Positions 60,936 through 64,000 of a stretch of DNA of 64,000 bases are shown one piece after another. The DNA is from Rhynchopus sp. YZ270_cl-10 (taxonomy: Eukaryota). Position numbers and translations under genes: made by a program. How positions within the stretch are numbered: position 1 is the first letter of the stretch; each line of letters starts with the position of its first letter. Where the stretch lies: assembly GCA_964035575.1 (NCBI GenBank), contig OZ037834.1, positions 1,178,001 to 1,242,000 of the forward strand, given 5' to 3'. The notes under the pieces are model-generated. The model saw only the letters and a list, made by a program, of their open reading frames with translations, was not told where the DNA came from and searched no databases.

Positions 60936-61085
60936 CAGTGATCTAAAATACGTACTGCTACGTATTACCGTAACTGTAAAAATGTTGGTCCGGCAATTTT
61001 TCGCCCCAGCTGTCCCAACATTTTTACAGTTACGGTAATACGAATTCGTACTAATACGTATTTAGCCACGTATTTTAGATCACTG
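60936..61085. mobile_element. Young 150-bp MITE with perfect 18-bp TIR and 9-bp target duplication
   Basis: gctctggga|cagtgatctaaaatacgt ... acgtattttagatcactg|gctctggga; long internal inverted repeat. Confidence 0.9.
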
Positions 61086-61464
61086 GCTCTGGGAGGGGTC
61101 GATTTTGACAGGTCGCTGACACAGGGACTTTATAGACACCCTGATATTGACAGGTCGTGACAGGTCGTGACACGTCGTTGACCGACTTCCGAAAGCACCA
61201 TTGAAGGAACCATTCATTCCCTAGAGAGAAAAATCCCTCCCCATGGGAGAGGGGAAACCATCATCCACAAAATAGTCATTTCCCCCTTCAATTCAGGAAC
61301 GCATTTAAAAAAAAAAAAAATCTATAAAAAATGTGGTAGTTATCGATTCAGGTACTGACCCGACGATGCCGTCCAGATGAAAAGCAGTACCCTGCGGGCC
61401 AACAACTAAAGGTGTAAAAGAAGAAAAAAAAACCCCCTCCCCTCTCCCATCAAAGTTTTGTCAT

Positions 61465-61499
61465 GATGAACATAAGCCTCACAATAGCTTATATCACCC
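61465..61499 (-). repeat. Family A copy with compensatory change
   Basis: gatgaacataagc...gcttatatcacc (ATAAGC/GCTTAT instead of CTAAGC/GCTTAG). Confidence 0.8.
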
Positions 61500-62661
61500 T
61501 TTGTAAAGTAGAGTTGAAAAATACAAAGTCCTCACATGAACAGTGTACCTTGCGTACATGACCCTTTTAAAAGAGATGGACATGCATGTACCGAATGTAT
61601 TTTTTGAATAAAAAACAAAAACAAAAACAAAACATTTTTGCAAAGATGAACGCACCTTTCGTGCATAAACATCTGAACCTGTTGGCAAATAAACCAACAA
61701 TACGTTTTAACGAGACAAATAAGGACCGTAGGTGGGGGACGGAGAAGGGGTGGGTGAGCTAAGGACAAGGCACGTATTCTACTAGAAACAGGCTTCAGTG
61801 GCAATGTAGGGGAAGGGTGTGTGTGTGGAGAAGGGGAATCAACAAAATAGTTTATCAAAAAAAAAAGAATAAAAAAAAACACAAAAAAAAAGACATGGTG
61901 TGCAAAAGGATGGAACCCCACATCAACAACAATGCAACAAAAAAGGGGGCTAAAAACATTGCGTTTAAAAAAATGAAAAAGAAAAAGGTTGCCATGGGCT
62001 GGACGCTTTTTTTAAAAAAAGCAGGAAAAAGTCAAAAGTCTAAAAAGGACCAAAGATGAATATAGTGTGCCGCTCATTAGTTTCACACATCCATCCTTTG
62101 AAAAAGAAAAAAAGCGAAGTAACAGTTGTATACCAAAAGGAGGGACCAAAAAAATCCAGACTTTTTTTTAAAATTCATTCCCAACAGATTTCTGCTAGCC
62201 TTCAATTCAGTGCGAGGCTACTAAAATAACTGATGGGGATGCATTTTCTGCATATTTTTTTTTACCCTCTTTTTTTCGACAAAGCCTCTTGGTATAACCC
62301 GGATGTGTTTGGACTAAGGTGGTATCAAACAACACCTTAAACCTAACAAAAAAATTGCTTTTTTAATATAGTTCCTTTCTCATACAAAGAACAAGATGAC
62401 AGCAACAACAAAACAAAGAAAAGTATTTCAACAATACGCATTCAATAAATTGAGAGCATAGGTATAGGGACAAAATATATTCCCAAAAAGAAAAAAAAAA
62501 TGAAAATACCCCACAGTGACGGGAAGAAGGGGTCGGGTTTAAAAGGGGGGGCGTTGTAATATATGAATGACCGTAGAGGTAGGTGAAGGTACCTCTCGTG
62601 CACACAACAATAAAAAAAAATGCAAAGATAATGCGGAGCAAAATAAAGAAAACGTTTTTTT

Positions 62662-62727
62662 GATAAATTGTTGGAGTAGTGTAGTTGCCTCGGGTTGTGT
62701 TGCCACAGTTTGTGCAAATCTCCACTG
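62662..62727 (-). repeat. Family B copy
   Basis: Matches 838-899. Confidence 0.9.
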
Positions 62728-63721
62728 TTTTTTTTTTGTGAGAAGATGATCCTAAGCCATAGTGGGCTGTGATAATTGCCTATCATAATACACAATACAG
62801 CTTGCATTGTGATGTGCATTATGTATTATGATAGGATCCACTACTCATCCCTCTGGTGCTAGTCACCTGGATACAATGTTAGCAATGTGATAGTGTATGC
62901 TAATCCATAGAGTACCAAAAGTAGTCAAAAAAAATCGTAGATTTTCTGCAAAAAAAAAAAAAGAACTAAATAACTCTTGTAGAGGGGAAAGGGGGGGAAA
63001 GGCGAAGCTGAAAAAGAACAACAACAAAGAAATAGAAAAAAAACCCCAGCGCCCTTCTCTCAGATGGGAGGCTTTTCGTGCATGATTTGGCCAAGGTGTG
63101 GCAACACCACCCCCTTCCCCTGGACAAATAATGAATATTTGAAATATTTGTTTGAAGTAGAGGGTTTGTATACTTTTTTTTCAGCTCCGACAGTGTTTTG
63201 TTATTTTGTTACAACAGAAAAACAGAAACCCCCACAACGGTACTCACCGGAAATAAAAACGCTCTTCAAAAAAAAAAATAGAAAAAAAAAATTATGACTC
63301 TAGCCTTTCTGTGAACAGTCTTCAAAAAAAAAAAACTAAGTCACATTACAAATGCCTTGAAATGTTGTCGACAAAAAAAATGTGTAGGTTTTCCCTCTAA
63401 AAAGAAATCAGTGTTTTTGAGCTGCGCAATAAGTGAAGCTGAACACTGGCTGAACAAAAAAGAAAGTTCGCAAGATGGATCTGCCTCTCGTACGACACCC
63501 ATCCTTTTAAAAACAACCAGCAAAGAGAGAGTAGGAACACATTTTAACGAAGAAAGACAACAAAACAAAACAAGAAAAAGCCATTTAGCCGTAAAAATAA
63601 GCACGATTTCCCCTTCATTCTAACACACCCCCATATCGATGGCTGAAGCCTGGGGGTATAAAAAGAAAAGAAGGGGCAAATCTTCTGGGGTGAATACCCA
63701 AAAGCAAAAACTGTAGTTATA

Positions 63722-63777
63722 GATGCAGGCACCCCTCCGACTGACCTACGCACGATGCCAGCCATCCGGATGAAAGC
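63722..63777 (-). repeat. Family E copy
   Basis: Matches 2255-2304. Confidence 0.85.
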
Positions 63778-63790
63778 AACAAAAAAAAAA

Positions 63791-63861
63791 AGTGAAGTTG
63801 ATAGTGCAAAACGCCCTCTGGGGCGCAGGGCACTGACACTCCGTGGGTTATCGAACCCCGA
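63791..63861 (-). repeat. Family D copy
   Basis: Matches 9447-9509 and 58583-58652. Confidence 0.9.
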
Positions 63862-64000
63862 AAAAAAAAAGGGGTTGGTATTAGATGATCACTCAATCCC
63901 TTTCTTGGTCACCTTATTTTCAATATTTTTTTTTTTGAATGAGCGCTTTTTTCTATGTATGATTTGCTTCTCGCATTTTTACCCCCCCCAAAATTGTCAA

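Noticed and set aside
63738..63777. Family E as a hammerhead ribozyme (ctga...gaaa)
   Set aside because: The CUGANGA core and the three required stems are absent.
63791..63861. Family D as a tRNA gene
   Set aside because: Only a T-loop-like hairpin; no acceptor, D or anticodon arms.
56400..64000. Numerous 60-130-aa ORFs
   Set aside because: Phe/Lys-rich translations of homopolymer tracts with no coding signal.

Overview
Eukaryotic nuclear DNA, most likely a diplonemid-like euglenozoan. This is inferred from all credible genes lying on the minus strand, short GTATGY...CAG introns with C/A-rich 3' ends, and AT-rich homopolymer-laden spacers. About 25 protein genes or gene copies are supported: a cytochrome b5-fused desaturase, WDPCP/Fritz-like, GT34-like glycosyltransferase, Sen54-like, DnaJ/Zn-finger, TMEM161-like, SAP30BP-like, RPB4, TRM13, BAG6-like Ubl protein, a stand-alone ABC ATPase, FKBP and several hypotheticals. 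Three things stand out. (1) The non-coding DNA carries about 60 copies of at least seven families of short (30-120 nt) elements. They are essentially all in the mRNA-sense orientation and never inside CDS. G-U pair polarity, GNRA loops and compensatory changes suggest they act as RNA structures. (2) There is a tandem array of eight tiny PB1-only genes whose coding loops diverge more than their spacers. (3) Two copies of a Tudor-like lipidated protein gene are identical from ATG to stop, introns included, but have unrelated UTRs. Several MITEs are also present. Family assignments come from motif recognition by eye, not from database searches.
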